DNA of 32,000 bases from Propionibacteriaceae bacterium (GTDB lineage Bacteria > Actinomycetota > Actinomycetes > Propionibacteriales > Propionibacteriaceae), in assembly GCA_031256725.1 (NCBI GenBank), contig JAIRQE010000006.1, positions 150,001-182,000 of the forward strand. Reading direction: 5' to 3'. Position 1 is the first letter of the stretch. Each line of letters starts with the position of its first letter. A model generated the notes under the pieces. The model saw only the letters and a list, made by a program, of their open reading frames with translations. It was not told the origin of the DNA and did not search any database. This document shows, piece by piece, positions 9,136-17,867 of the stretch. The position numbers were made by a program, and so were the translations under genes.

Positions 9136-9171
9136 TTTCCTCCACTGGTGGATCTCCCCTGTGGAGGGGAG
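9136..9171. terminator. Alternative hairpins in the convergent gap after the ABC operon
   Basis: CCTCCAC (9139-9145) pairs with GTGGAGG (9161-9167). CTCCCC (9154-9159) pairs with GGGGAG (9166-9171). The two are mutually exclusive, and there is no U-tract. Confidence 0.25.
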
Positions 9172-9395
9172 TATCTGGTGCGACTGGATGAAACTCTCAC
9201 TATCACATCGTCGCTCAAGGAGGCTTGGGAAGCAATGAGGCCCATAAGCTCATCTGGAGAACTACCCCAGAGACACCAATCCCTGATATGGGTCTTTGGA
9301 AACTTGCTGATGAGTTGCAAAGGCGTACAGGAAAACCGATCTTCTACATCCAGGTGGAGCACAATACAGGTGGATAGTTTGTTATGTGTTCAGGA

Positions 9396-10673
9396 TTACG
9401 ATGATCCGATCAGATTCTTGAGTCGTTGTGTACATTCGATCGCGGCTCGCACAGTGTGGTACCCACCTGTCCACTCGTTGCCCAAGCTTGAGTCTACGGG
9501 TTCCCCTGTACGAGTGGTACGAATGCACCACTCATGAAGATCGGGGTGAATCATGTGTTCCTTAACAAACCTCCAGGTTTGGGAGTACGCGCTGGCGTAC
9601 TGTGGTTTGCTGGTGAGTTCATAGGCGTGGAGGAACCCGATCAGGCCTTCGGCGTTCTGCCAGAATTCCTTGTCCTGGTCGGTCGCTGGGCCAAGTGGGG
9701 GTCCCTCTCTGTAGATTCCGCCGTACTCATGGTCGAAGCCATATCGAAGTGCGTGGTCAGCTAGTCGATCAACTACCCAGGTGTGGAGTCGGTGATCCCC
9801 ATTGAGGACTTCGTCAGCCCAACCTAGGAGCCATCCAAACTCAAGATTATGCCCATAAGAGGTGGTGATTTGTCCGGGTGGGAGTGCTTGGTCTCCGATT
9901 CTCTCCGCGATCCATGTACGCGAGATGACGATGGGTTCGAGGGGAGTCCAGGTGGCGTCGTACTGGTTCCCTCCGATGCACCATGTGGGGTCAATCATCG
10001 TTTTGAAAAGAAGTCGGCGGATTTCTGAGAGCCGACGTCGATGTGTGACGTCATCCGTGAGTTCGGCTAGGGCAGTGAAGGACTCCAGAAGATGCATGTG
10101 AATATCAAGGGACTTACGGCGACCGGAATCAGTATCCTCAGGTGCCCATGTACGGTCGATGTTCTCCCAGAATCCTCCGTAGGTTAGGTCTGCCGCCTTA
10201 TGCATTGCATCAAAGGTTTCCACAGCTAATTCCAGGGCACGCTGATCCTTGGACGCTGAGGCATAAGCACACAGTGAGTAGAGCGCGAAACTCTGGCCAT
10301 ACATCAGTTTTGCTGGGTCGTCTCGTTCATCCCCGATAACCCAGTACCACCCTTTGTACTGCTTGTCGTAAAACTTGTTCACTAGGAAATCGAACCCATG
10401 CTTGGCTAGTGGAAGAAAGGTTTTATCACTCAATGCTTGGCTGAGCGCGGAATAGGTCCACAGAATCCGAGTCTGCGCAATAAGAGTCTTTCGATTCTGA
10501 GGGATCGTGTCACCACTGGGGGAGAAGTTGGTGTGGTACCCGCCATCTGAGTCGATCCCACGCTCTCTCCAAAACTGTGAGATACCCTCAAGATTCCCCT
10601 GCATCTCAGTCAGCAGTTCTCTTGGGTTGAAGTCAGCAATCGTGGCATTGTCTAAATCTTGCATGAGTACCAT
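9396..10673 (-). CDS. AGE-family (N-acylglucosamine 2-epimerase / cellobiose-mannobiose 2-epimerase-like) epimerase/isomerase
   Basis: 425 aa, an (alpha/alpha)6-barrel-type sequence: ...KTLIAQTRILWTYSAL..., ...GGFWENIDRTW..., ...YGHNLEFGWLL..., ...FWQNAEGLIGF.... It is convergent with the sugar ABC operon. Confidence 0.7.
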   Translation of the reverse strand: MVLMQDLDNATIADFNPRELLTEMQGNLEGISQFWRERGIDSDGGYHTNFSPSGDTIPQNRKTLIAQTRILWTYSALSQALSDKTFLPLAKHGFDFLVNKFYDKQYKGWYWVIGDERDDPAKLMYGQSFALYSLCAYASASKDQRALELAVETFDAMHKAADLTYGGFWENIDRTWAPEDTDSGRRKSLDIHMHLLESFTALAELTDDVTHRRRLSEIRRLLFKTMIDPTWCIGGNQYDATWTPLEPIVISRTWIAERIGDQALPPGQITTSYGHNLEFGWLLGWADEVLNGDHRLHTWVVDRLADHALRYGFDHEYGGIYREGPPLGPATDQDKEFWQNAEGLIGFLHAYELTSKPQYASAYSQTWRFVKEHMIHPDLHEWCIRTTRTGEPVDSSLGNEWTGGYHTVRAAIECTQRLKNLIGSS

Positions 10674-10797
10674 CCTATGATCAGTGGGAGAAGGCCTTGG
10701 ATTGATCGTACCTGGGGGTAGCTCGCTGTGTCATGACTTAGGACAGCACAAGGTGAACTTTGTGGATCATAAACGCCACGACCCTCTACATGGCTAG

Positions 10798-10847
10798 AAT
10801 AATTGGTAATTGACACGGAGGTAATAATTGGTAATTGACACGGAGGT
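10798..10847. repeat. Perfect tandem duplication, 2 x 25 bp (AATAATTGGTAATTGACACGGAGGT)
   Basis: Copy 1 at 10798-10822 and copy 2 at 10823-10847 are identical. Each carries a TTGACA hexamer (10810-10815, 10835-10840). They lie mid-way in the 300-bp divergent intergenic region. Confidence 0.95.
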
Positions 10848-10881
10848 CTTTATGTTCCTAACCCCATACCTGAGTGTGGCT

Positions 10882-10930
<49 letters not shown>

Positions 10931-10973
10931 GCTTTCAAAACCAGAGAGTCTGCAACACTAAGGACGGTGTGGC

Positions 10974-13900
10974 ATGAGCCGCATCGTTGACAATATCTCC
11001 CTGACATTGTCGGATGTGCTCAATGGGGTTCTTCCGTATTCATCGAGGCTTGATGCCTGTGTTGGTTACTTCAATCTGAGAGGGTGGCGCTCGCTTCGAG
11101 ACAGTATTGGACAGATGCAACCAGATGGCAGCGAAGAATCTCAAGGGTCCACGGTTCGTCTCCTTGTGGGGATGGCAGTCTCCACAGATCAACTAGTGCG
11201 ACAAGATCTTGAAAAAGGCACTCAGCGGATTGATCATACCTTGGCTTTGCGTCGTGCGGATCAAGCGGTACTAGGATTCGCCAAACAACTGACATGGGGG
11301 ACGCCAACATCCTTTGATGAAGCGGGTTTACGAGTACTGCGAAAAGACCTAGAAAACGGGCTTCTGACGGTGAAGTTTGCTGCGCGAGAACCGTTGCATG
11401 CCAAGCTTTATGTTGCACGTCTTGTGGGAGGACTCAGAGCATTTCATGCTGTGGTGGGATCATCCAATTTCACGGCGGCAGGGTTAAGCAAGCAAGGAGA
11501 ACTAAGCCTTGAAGAGACCGATGCTGAATTGACTGCTCAACTCGCACAGTGGTTTCAAGATCGTTGGGATGATCAGTATTCCATGGACATCACAAAACAG
11601 TTGATTGAAGTTTTGGAAGAGTCTTGGATTCGTGAAACCCAACCCAGACCATATTTGGTCTATCTTCGACTTGCCTACGAGCTTTCCCGGGATGCTCGTG
11701 CTGGGCTTACTTTGGATATTCCCAGTGATGTTCGCAGACTACTGATGCCTCATCAAGAGAGTGCGGTCAGGGTTGCTACGAAACTTCTCCAGAGAAAAGG
11801 CATTGCAGTTATTGGTGATGTGGTTGGTTTAGGAAAAACACTCACAGGTACTGCCATCGCAGCAACAACAGGTGAATCGGTACTTGTGATTGCTCCTAAG
11901 AACCTGACTCAAACATGGCAAGAACATCTTGAGCGTTTCCATATCCCAGGAAGAGTTATCAGTTTGAGTATGGTGGCAAAGGAATTGCCAGATTTGAAGC
12001 GATTCCGACTCGTACTCATAGATGAGTCTCACAATTTGCGTAATCGACAACGGAAAGCATGGGACGCGATCCACACATATGTCGACGACAATGACTGCAA
12101 AGTGGTTCTTCTGACGGCAACAATGTTTAACGCTCGCCATGAGGATATTGGTGGTCAACTTGGGCTTAAGATTCCTCTGGATCAACCGCTTGGTGTTCGA
12201 CCTGAAAGGCATATTGCCACTGTGGGTGCGCAGGCATTGGCAGCTAGAACGAATGGACGCCTTGACACACTCGCTGCCTTTGAACAGTCAGAGTTTAATG
12301 AGGATTGGCAGAGACTTCTCAGCGAATTCCTCGTACGCCGAACCCGCAGGTTCTTGGAATCCACATACGGTGTCACAGATCCCAAAACTGGTCATACGAC
12401 ACTGAGTTTCCCTAATGGCGAAAGCTTTCGATTCCCGAAGCGTATTCCTGAGGCATTGAATTACCAAGGTGGGCCACAAGATCCGAATGACCGACTAGCA
12501 ACTGAGGAGGTGTTCGAGTCCGTCGTGGGGCTCTCCTTTGCTTGCTATCAGTTGGGAGCTTATCTGGTGGATGATGTGGTGGCATTGGACAAAGAAGAGG
12601 AGGAATTGATTAATGACCTCCGGCGTTCAGTACAGACAGCAGCTGGTTTTATTCGCACGACGGCTTTTAAACGCCTCACCTCTTCTGCCCATGCTTTTAT
12701 TTTGACGATCACAAGGATGATAGCTCGTAATGCCGTTCTGGACTATGCATTATCTCAGAGGCTCCAAGTGCCCATGGGTAGTTTTTCTTATGGTTTCTTT
12801 GATGTCAACGATGATGATGATATTGATGATTCTCAAGAAGAAGCTGTACCCACAGGAGTGAACTGGTCAACCACTCAATGGCAGGGTAACGCACAACAAG
12901 CTTATGAGGCCTTGGACGCTTCCAATCCGAAAGGACTTCGTTGGGCTCGACCCGGATTGTTCAAGTCACATGAGGTTCTATCCAAAGTACGAGCCGACTC
13001 TGAGGTGTTACAGGGACTTCTCAATAGATATGGTACGTGGCATCCCGATCAGGACACCAAACTACGTGCCTTAGCTGATTTGATTGAAGGGCTTCCCCCA
13101 GATGAGAAGGTCTTGGTATTTAGTGAGTACAAGGACACTGTCGACTACTTAGCCAAGTATCTTCCAGACTATACGGATCGTTCCTTGGCGTCAGTCAGTG
13201 GGCAATCTAGTGACCCATTACGTGTTGCTCGCCGTTTTGCCCCTCGAGCGAATGAGGATATTGGAGGTCTCCCAAGTGGGGAAACTGAAGTTGATGTACT
13301 TATCACAACAGACGTTCTTAGCGAAGGACAGAATCTTCAGGATGCGCGCATTGTTGTGAATTGGGATCTTCCCTGGACAATCATCAAGATTATCCAAAGA
13401 GCTGGTCGTGTTGATCGCATCAAGCAAAAAGCGGAAACAATCCGGGTATTGTCATTCCTTCCACAAGGAGGAGTGGAGGAACAGATCAATCTTCGTAGAC
13501 GGTTAGTCAAACGCCTCAAGAATGCTCAGCAAATCCTTGGTGGCGATGAGCGTTTCTTCGATGATGATGACTCCAGTGTAGATATTTCTGGACTCTTCGA
13601 TGGTACGGCTGATCTTGGGGAAGAAGAAGGAGAGGTCGACGCCTCATCGTTTGCTTTGGGTATATGGGAACAGGCAAGTGAAGATGATCGGCGCGAGGCC
13701 TTGGATTTACAGGAAATCGTCTATTCCACAAAAGTCATTGACGAGGGTAATCCTTACGTCCTTACATACGGAAGAACTGATGCTGGCACAGACTTGTTGG
13801 TTCGAACAACTCAGTCTGATCTTTCTTTTATCACACCAATGGAAGCACTTCAGGAGATGGTGAGTGAGGTCTTCGAAACAGCCAGTCCGACCCTAGGTGA

Positions 13901-14309
13901 CCATCTGCAACACATTGGAAGAGCAGTAGATGCGATGGGGGAGCAAGTAGCCAAGAATACGGTTCTTCTCCACACAGGTTTACGGAAACGTCTCTACGAC
14001 TTTTTAACCAAACAATCTCAACGCATAGATCTTCCCACGCCCATCAACGCTCAGATGTGTCAGGTGATTGATGCAGTGACTGCCAACCCCATTAGAGAGG
14101 ATGTCAAGTTAGAGGTGTCTGGGATCTTAAGACAAGTCAGGCACCTTGGAGATGACAGTGGATTGCATAGGTTGCTGGCCCTTCATGAAGAGCATGCATT
14201 AATTGATGTTCGCGATTACGGTGCTGATCGGGTTCAAGTCATTACAGGCATGGGTTTCAATCCGGTGGCCATCTCAAGTAGAGAAAAGAGTCCTCATTAT
14301 GACCAGTGA
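10974..14309 (+). CDS. Fusion protein: N-terminal PLD-family (single HKD) nuclease domain + SNF2-type SF2 ATPase/translocase + uncharacterised C-terminal region
   Basis: 1111 aa.
- PLD motif: EPLHAKLYV...VVGSSNFTAAGL (His142/Lys144, nt 11397-11405).
- SNF2 motifs: LMPHQESAV; motif I GDVVGLGKT (nt 11826-11840); motif II LIDESHNLRN (nt 12021-12032); helicase-C LITTDVLSEGQNLQDA...VNWDLPW...QRAGRVDR (nt ~13300-13420).
- Acidic stretches DVNDDDDIDDSQEE and FFDDDDSSVD...GEEEGEVD. Confidence 0.85.
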   Translation: MSRIVDNISLTLSDVLNGVLPYSSRLDACVGYFNLRGWRSLRDSIGQMQPDGSEESQGSTVRLLVGMAVSTDQLVRQDLEKGTQRIDHTLALRRADQAVLGFAKQLTWGTPTSFDEAGLRVLRKDLENGLLTVKFAAREPLHAKLYVARLVGGLRAFHAVVGSSNFTAAGLSKQGELSLEETDAELTAQLAQWFQDRWDDQYSMDITKQLIEVLEESWIRETQPRPYLVYLRLAYELSRDARAGLTLDIPSDVRRLLMPHQESAVRVATKLLQRKGIAVIGDVVGLGKTLTGTAIAATTGESVLVIAPKNLTQTWQEHLERFHIPGRVISLSMVAKELPDLKRFRLVLIDESHNLRNRQRKAWDAIHTYVDDNDCKVVLLTATMFNARHEDIGGQLGLKIPLDQPLGVRPERHIATVGAQALAARTNGRLDTLAAFEQSEFNEDWQRLLSEFLVRRTRRFLESTYGVTDPKTGHTTLSFPNGESFRFPKRIPEALNYQGGPQDPNDRLATEEVFESVVGLSFACYQLGAYLVDDVVALDKEEEELINDLRRSVQTAAGFIRTTAFKRLTSSAHAFILTITRMIARNAVLDYALSQRLQVPMGSFSYGFFDVNDDDDIDDSQEEAVPTGVNWSTTQWQGNAQQAYEALDASNPKGLRWARPGLFKSHEVLSKVRADSEVLQGLLNRYGTWHPDQDTKLRALADLIEGLPPDEKVLVFSEYKDTVDYLAKYLPDYTDRSLASVSGQSSDPLRVARRFAPRANEDIGGLPSGETEVDVLITTDVLSEGQNLQDARIVVNWDLPWTIIKIIQRAGRVDRIKQKAETIRVLSFLPQGGVEEQINLRRRLVKRLKNAQQILGGDERFFDDDDSSVDISGLFDGTADLGEEEGEVDASSFALGIWEQASEDDRREALDLQEIVYSTKVIDEGNPYVLTYGRTDAGTDLLVRTTQSDLSFITPMEALQEMVSEVFETASPTLGDHLQHIGRAVDAMGEQVAKNTVLLHTGLRKRLYDFLTKQSQRIDLPTPINAQMCQVIDAVTANPIREDVKLEVSGILRQVRHLGDDSGLHRLLALHEEHALIDVRDYGADRVQVITGMGFNPVAISSREKSPHYDQ

Positions 14310-17300
14310 AACACCAATGATTCCCAACCTTCAGAACCTCTACTCATCTGGTGGCTTGAGCGACATGTTCATTGATGGACTTGGCTGGGAAGCCCCTAGT
14401 GAATCTGTGCCTCCTGTAGTGATACATGAGTCCATCTACTATCCCCAGTTAGCGTCCTGTCTTCGAGGTTTTAGGATTTACCAGGTTCCTTGCAGCGAGC
14501 GTCCCACGCGTACTCTCATGCGTGATATTGATGCTCAGCTGAGACTTTTATCACCCGAGCGGATGGCTGTATTTGAGGGGCCAAATGAATGGTTTTGGTA
14601 TTGGCCTCGACATTCAAGTTCGGGGACAACAACATACGAGTCCATAGAAACACGCCCAGCATTGTTGCCTACTTTTCTTGCCCAGCGATTGTGTGGGTTG
14701 AAATTCACAGCCAGTGATCATCGAAATGGGATTACTTTGACTGATGTCTGTAATAGAGTCCACGGACATTTTGATGCAAGTAATGTCACAGCTGCGTTCT
14801 ATAGACAGTTCCAAGTAGAACATCAGCATCTATCTGAGGTGATCTTCGGGATTCCTGAGTCCGAGAATACCGGATACGCCACAACGTTATTGAACAGGAT
14901 GATGTTTATTTACTTCCTTCAGAAAAAGGAATTTCTTAATGAGGACATGAACTATTTAGAAAACACTCTTGCCGCTGTTCAAGAGATCCGTGGGCGTGAC
15001 CACTACTACACTTTCTATAGAGATGCCTTGCTTCCATTATTCTTCAATAAACTCAATGACAGTGATGGAGTGATCAAGGATCCGGAAATCCTACGAATCT
15101 TGGGTGATGTTCCCTATGTGAACGGAGGTATCTTCGGAAGAACAGATCTTGAGGAGGAATTCGCCGAGGAACTGTCGATACCTGATGAGGCCTTTGAGCG
15201 AATCCTTAGGTTTTTTTCGCAGTTCAATTGGCATCTTGATACGCGACCTACGGGAAATGATAGAGAGATCAATCCGGAAGTCATAGGTTATATCTTTGAG
15301 CAGTACATCAACTTTGCCGCTTCTGGGCAAAGAGAGAATGGCGCTTATTACACACCACATGATGTGACGTCATACATGGTTGCGCAGACTGTGATTCCTC
15401 GAATCATGGATAACCTTAGCAACCTTGATCATGCTTTCCGCCTTCTTATCACCAATCCTGACCGATATATACAGCCCATGATGCTTCATGGGTGGAGTGA
15501 GGCTGGACAATGCTGGGAACAGGTTCCTGAAAAGCTTCAGATCGCCTGGGATGGAGATCCGCTCACGTGGGTGCTGCTTGATGATGCAGAGCCTGATCCA
15601 TTGGTGAATCTTCCTGGAGAGACGTGGGTAGAAACCTTCCATCGACGTGAACGTGTTGAAGCATTGCGGAGCCGGATGAGTTCTGGAGAGATACGAGAAG
15701 TCAACGACTTGATTACGGATAATCTCAATACGCAGTTGCTACTCACCGATTTTATTGATCTCATGGATGATCCCAGTCATCTTGCTGAGCTTTTTGACGA
15801 TCTAACTGGGTTGAGTGTCTTTGATCCGACTTGTGGTTCGGGAGCCTTCTTATTTGCTGCACTAGAGGTTTTAGAGGATGTTTATGCCCATATCATTGAT
15901 AATGCTCTGGGTAGAGGTGGGGAAGCAGTTGAGTCGCTGCTAACGCAAGTGAAGGCTCAACCGAGTTCTCGGTACTTTATTCGAAAGCATATCGCGATTC
16001 GTAATCTCTATGGTACTGACTTAATGCCAGGAGCCATAGAAACAGCCAAGTTAAGGATATTTCTTTCATTAGCCGCTTGCGTGGATACACGAGAAGAACT
16101 TCAACCGCTGCCAGATCTCGACTTCAATCTTAAAGCAGGCAACTTAGTGGTCGGATTCAAAGATGCGGAGGATGTTTATCGCGTAGGAGGAGATCTGTTT
16201 ACGTTTACTCGCCTTGATGATCTCGTTCCCCGTATTGACAAATACTCTGAGCTATATTCATCTTTCGTTGAAAGCATTGAGTTGAATGATCATTCCTCGG
16301 TTGAGATTAAAGACCAATTGCGTCGCATGGAGGCAGAATTACGAACTGAGTGCAATGGCATCTATGCTGAGATATGTGGTTTCATAGATGACGGAGACAC
16401 ATGGGTGGATCAAGCTAGGCCATTTCATTGGTTTTGTGAATTTCCGGCCATTGTGCAAAAGGGTGGTTTCGACGTAATTATCGGCAATCCGCCGTATATC
16501 CGGATGCCTAGAGGCTCAGAACTGCAAGAATTATCCATTGGGTACGAAACTAGAAACTGCCCTGATTTCTACGCTGTCTGCTATGAGCGGAGCCTATCTT
16601 TATTACATGACTTCGGTCGCCACGCTTTCGTGGTTATGTCCAACCTTGCGTTTGGTGACGACTTTCTAAGTCTACGAGCTCTCATTGCACGCAAAGGAGC
16701 GAGTGAATGGTGGAGCACTTACGGGAAAATACCGCAACCATTGTTTGATGGAGTAAAAGTAAGAAATACGATTTTAGTTCTTGGCCCTGGCTGCCCGCTC
16801 CGAATGGTCACTCGTCATCATATTCATGCTAGCATTCAGCGGCCATGGCTTTTTCCAACAATTGAGTTTGCTAGATCAGCAAGATTGGGAGATCTCTGGC
16901 CAATTCGCGGCGGTGTGGCAACATCAATACTAGAGAAAATCGCAAGTCTGCCGAATGACACTTCCCAAATGGGTAATGAATATCTTTACTTACGAAACAC
17001 GGGTGCATATTGGTTTCCAGTGTTATTAGGCCCAGCGCCTACCTTAGATATGGATTTTAATGTTATCGAGGAAGTCACCTCAGTCCTTAAGCCTTTTCGG
17101 TTGCATATTGACGAAGTAAGGCGCGATGTCGCCGCGATTCTTGGTGGGAAAATCGGTTATTTGTGGTGGACGGCTGTTGGTGATGACTTGAACTGTTGGC
17201 CAAGAGAAACCATAGTTCCTCGCGCGCTCGCGAATGTAGCGAAGATGAGCCTAGGCTGGCAAGATGCCGTTTCCAGCGTCATCAAAGCAGCAATAGAAAA

Positions 17301-17532
17301 CACAATCATTGTACAAAATGCTGGTAAGAACTACTTTAATATTCGGTGGAATAATGTTCGCGCATCGACGGACACCCTTGATAAACTTGCGTTTAATTCT
17401 GTCGGATTGAATTACTTGGACTGGCGCAGGCTTAATGTTCTTTATCGGCAAATGATGCGATCATCAGGCGATGGGCGAGGTCACTACGTCACCACTGAAG
17501 AAGCTAACAAATATCTTAACTGGGATGTGTGA
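14299..17532 (+). CDS. Large gamma-class N6-adenine DNA methyltransferase with long N-terminal region and C-terminal putative target-recognition region (Eco57I / Type IIG / PglX / DrmMI-like)
   Basis: AdoMet motif I VFDPTCGSGAFLFAA (nt 15823-15849) precedes catalytic motif IV GNPPYI (NPPY at nt 16486-16497). About 345 aa follow NPPY. I recall the N-terminal ...ATTLLNRMMFIYFLQKKEFL... motif from large Type IIG/BREX-type methylases. The preferred start is the ATG at 14299, which overlaps the upstream stop (14307-14309) by 11 nt and follows GAGAAAAGAG. The track start at 14203 and the ATG at 14317 are alternatives. Confidence 0.85.
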   Translation: MTSETPMIPNLQNLYSSGGLSDMFIDGLGWEAPSESVPPVVIHESIYYPQLASCLRGFRIYQVPCSERPTRTLMRDIDAQLRLLSPERMAVFEGPNEWFWYWPRHSSSGTTTYESIETRPALLPTFLAQRLCGLKFTASDHRNGITLTDVCNRVHGHFDASNVTAAFYRQFQVEHQHLSEVIFGIPESENTGYATTLLNRMMFIYFLQKKEFLNEDMNYLENTLAAVQEIRGRDHYYTFYRDALLPLFFNKLNDSDGVIKDPEILRILGDVPYVNGGIFGRTDLEEEFAEELSIPDEAFERILRFFSQFNWHLDTRPTGNDREINPEVIGYIFEQYINFAASGQRENGAYYTPHDVTSYMVAQTVIPRIMDNLSNLDHAFRLLITNPDRYIQPMMLHGWSEAGQCWEQVPEKLQIAWDGDPLTWVLLDDAEPDPLVNLPGETWVETFHRRERVEALRSRMSSGEIREVNDLITDNLNTQLLLTDFIDLMDDPSHLAELFDDLTGLSVFDPTCGSGAFLFAALEVLEDVYAHIIDNALGRGGEAVESLLTQVKAQPSSRYFIRKHIAIRNLYGTDLMPGAIETAKLRIFLSLAACVDTREELQPLPDLDFNLKAGNLVVGFKDAEDVYRVGGDLFTFTRLDDLVPRIDKYSELYSSFVESIELNDHSSVEIKDQLRRMEAELRTECNGIYAEICGFIDDGDTWVDQARPFHWFCEFPAIVQKGGFDVIIGNPPYIRMPRGSELQELSIGYETRNCPDFYAVCYERSLSLLHDFGRHAFVVMSNLAFGDDFLSLRALIARKGASEWWSTYGKIPQPLFDGVKVRNTILVLGPGCPLRMVTRHHIHASIQRPWLFPTIEFARSARLGDLWPIRGGVATSILEKIASLPNDTSQMGNEYLYLRNTGAYWFPVLLGPAPTLDMDFNVIEEVTSVLKPFRLHIDEVRRDVAAILGGKIGYLWWTAVGDDLNCWPRETIVPRALANVAKMSLGWQDAVSSVIKAAIENTIIVQNAGKNYFNIRWNNVRASTDTLDKLAFNSVGLNYLDWRRLNVLYRQMMRSSGDGRGHYVTTEEANKYLNWDV

Positions 17533-17591
17533 TACTAGTAAAAGCGTGCTAGCTTAAGAATGTCGAGCTTCTGTGCAGACGTCAATGGCAA

Positions 17592-17792
17592 ATGGAGGAA
17601 GTAATGAGTGACGACCTGATGGTTTTAAATACTGAGGTGGCTCCTCGTGATCCTGATGAGTTTATGGGGTGGTATCGCGAACAGACTTCATGGACAGAGG
17701 ACCGAGATTATGACGATATCCTTGGTTGTGCTCCCAAGTTGCAGGAATGGTTCGCGGATGCCCGAACCTTGCGATGCCAGCATCGAAGCTAA
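17592..17792 (+). CDS. Small acidic hypothetical protein, possibly a 5' gene fragment
   Basis: 62-66 aa. The better start is the ATG at 17604, preceded by GGAGGA (17595-17600). I recognise no motif with confidence. The sequence stops abruptly before the tandem repeat at 17812. Confidence 0.35.
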   Translation: MEEVMSDDLMVLNTEVAPRDPDEFMGWYREQTSWTEDRDYDDILGCAPKLQEWFADARTLRCQHRS

Positions 17793-17811
17793 TGTAAAAA
17801 AGGGTTGAAAC

Positions 17812-17845
17812 CCAGTAAGTTAATACATCCAGTAAGTTAATACAT
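17812..17845. repeat. Perfect tandem duplication, 2 x 17 bp (CCAGTAAGTTAATACAT), in the promoter region of the CDF transporter gene
   Basis: Copies at 17812-17828 and 17829-17845 are identical. Each contains a TAATAC/ATACAT -10-like hexamer. The second copy ends 22 nt before the ATG at 17868 (RBS GAAGGAAG). Confidence 0.95.
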
Positions 17846-17867
17846 TCTGACTGAAAGAAGGAAGTCG

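Noticed and set aside
9148-9537. 129-aa plus-strand ORF in the convergent gap
   Set aside because: Its 3' third overlaps the end of the AGE epimerase gene on the other strand. It has no RBS or motif, and the region is better explained as a 3' UTR/terminator zone.
14203-14298. Upstream start (14203) given by the ORF track for the methyltransferase
   Set aside because: It would overlap the helicase gene by 107 nt and add a hydrophobic, non-conserved-looking peptide. The ATG at 14299, with a purine-rich tract upstream and an 11-nt overlap, is the more plausible coupled start.
17793-17867. NiCo (czcD-type) riboswitch upstream of the CDF transporter
   Set aside because: The leader is only 75 nt, AT-rich and mostly occupied by the 17-bp tandem duplication. 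There are no GC-rich paired helices of the kind that riboswitch needs.
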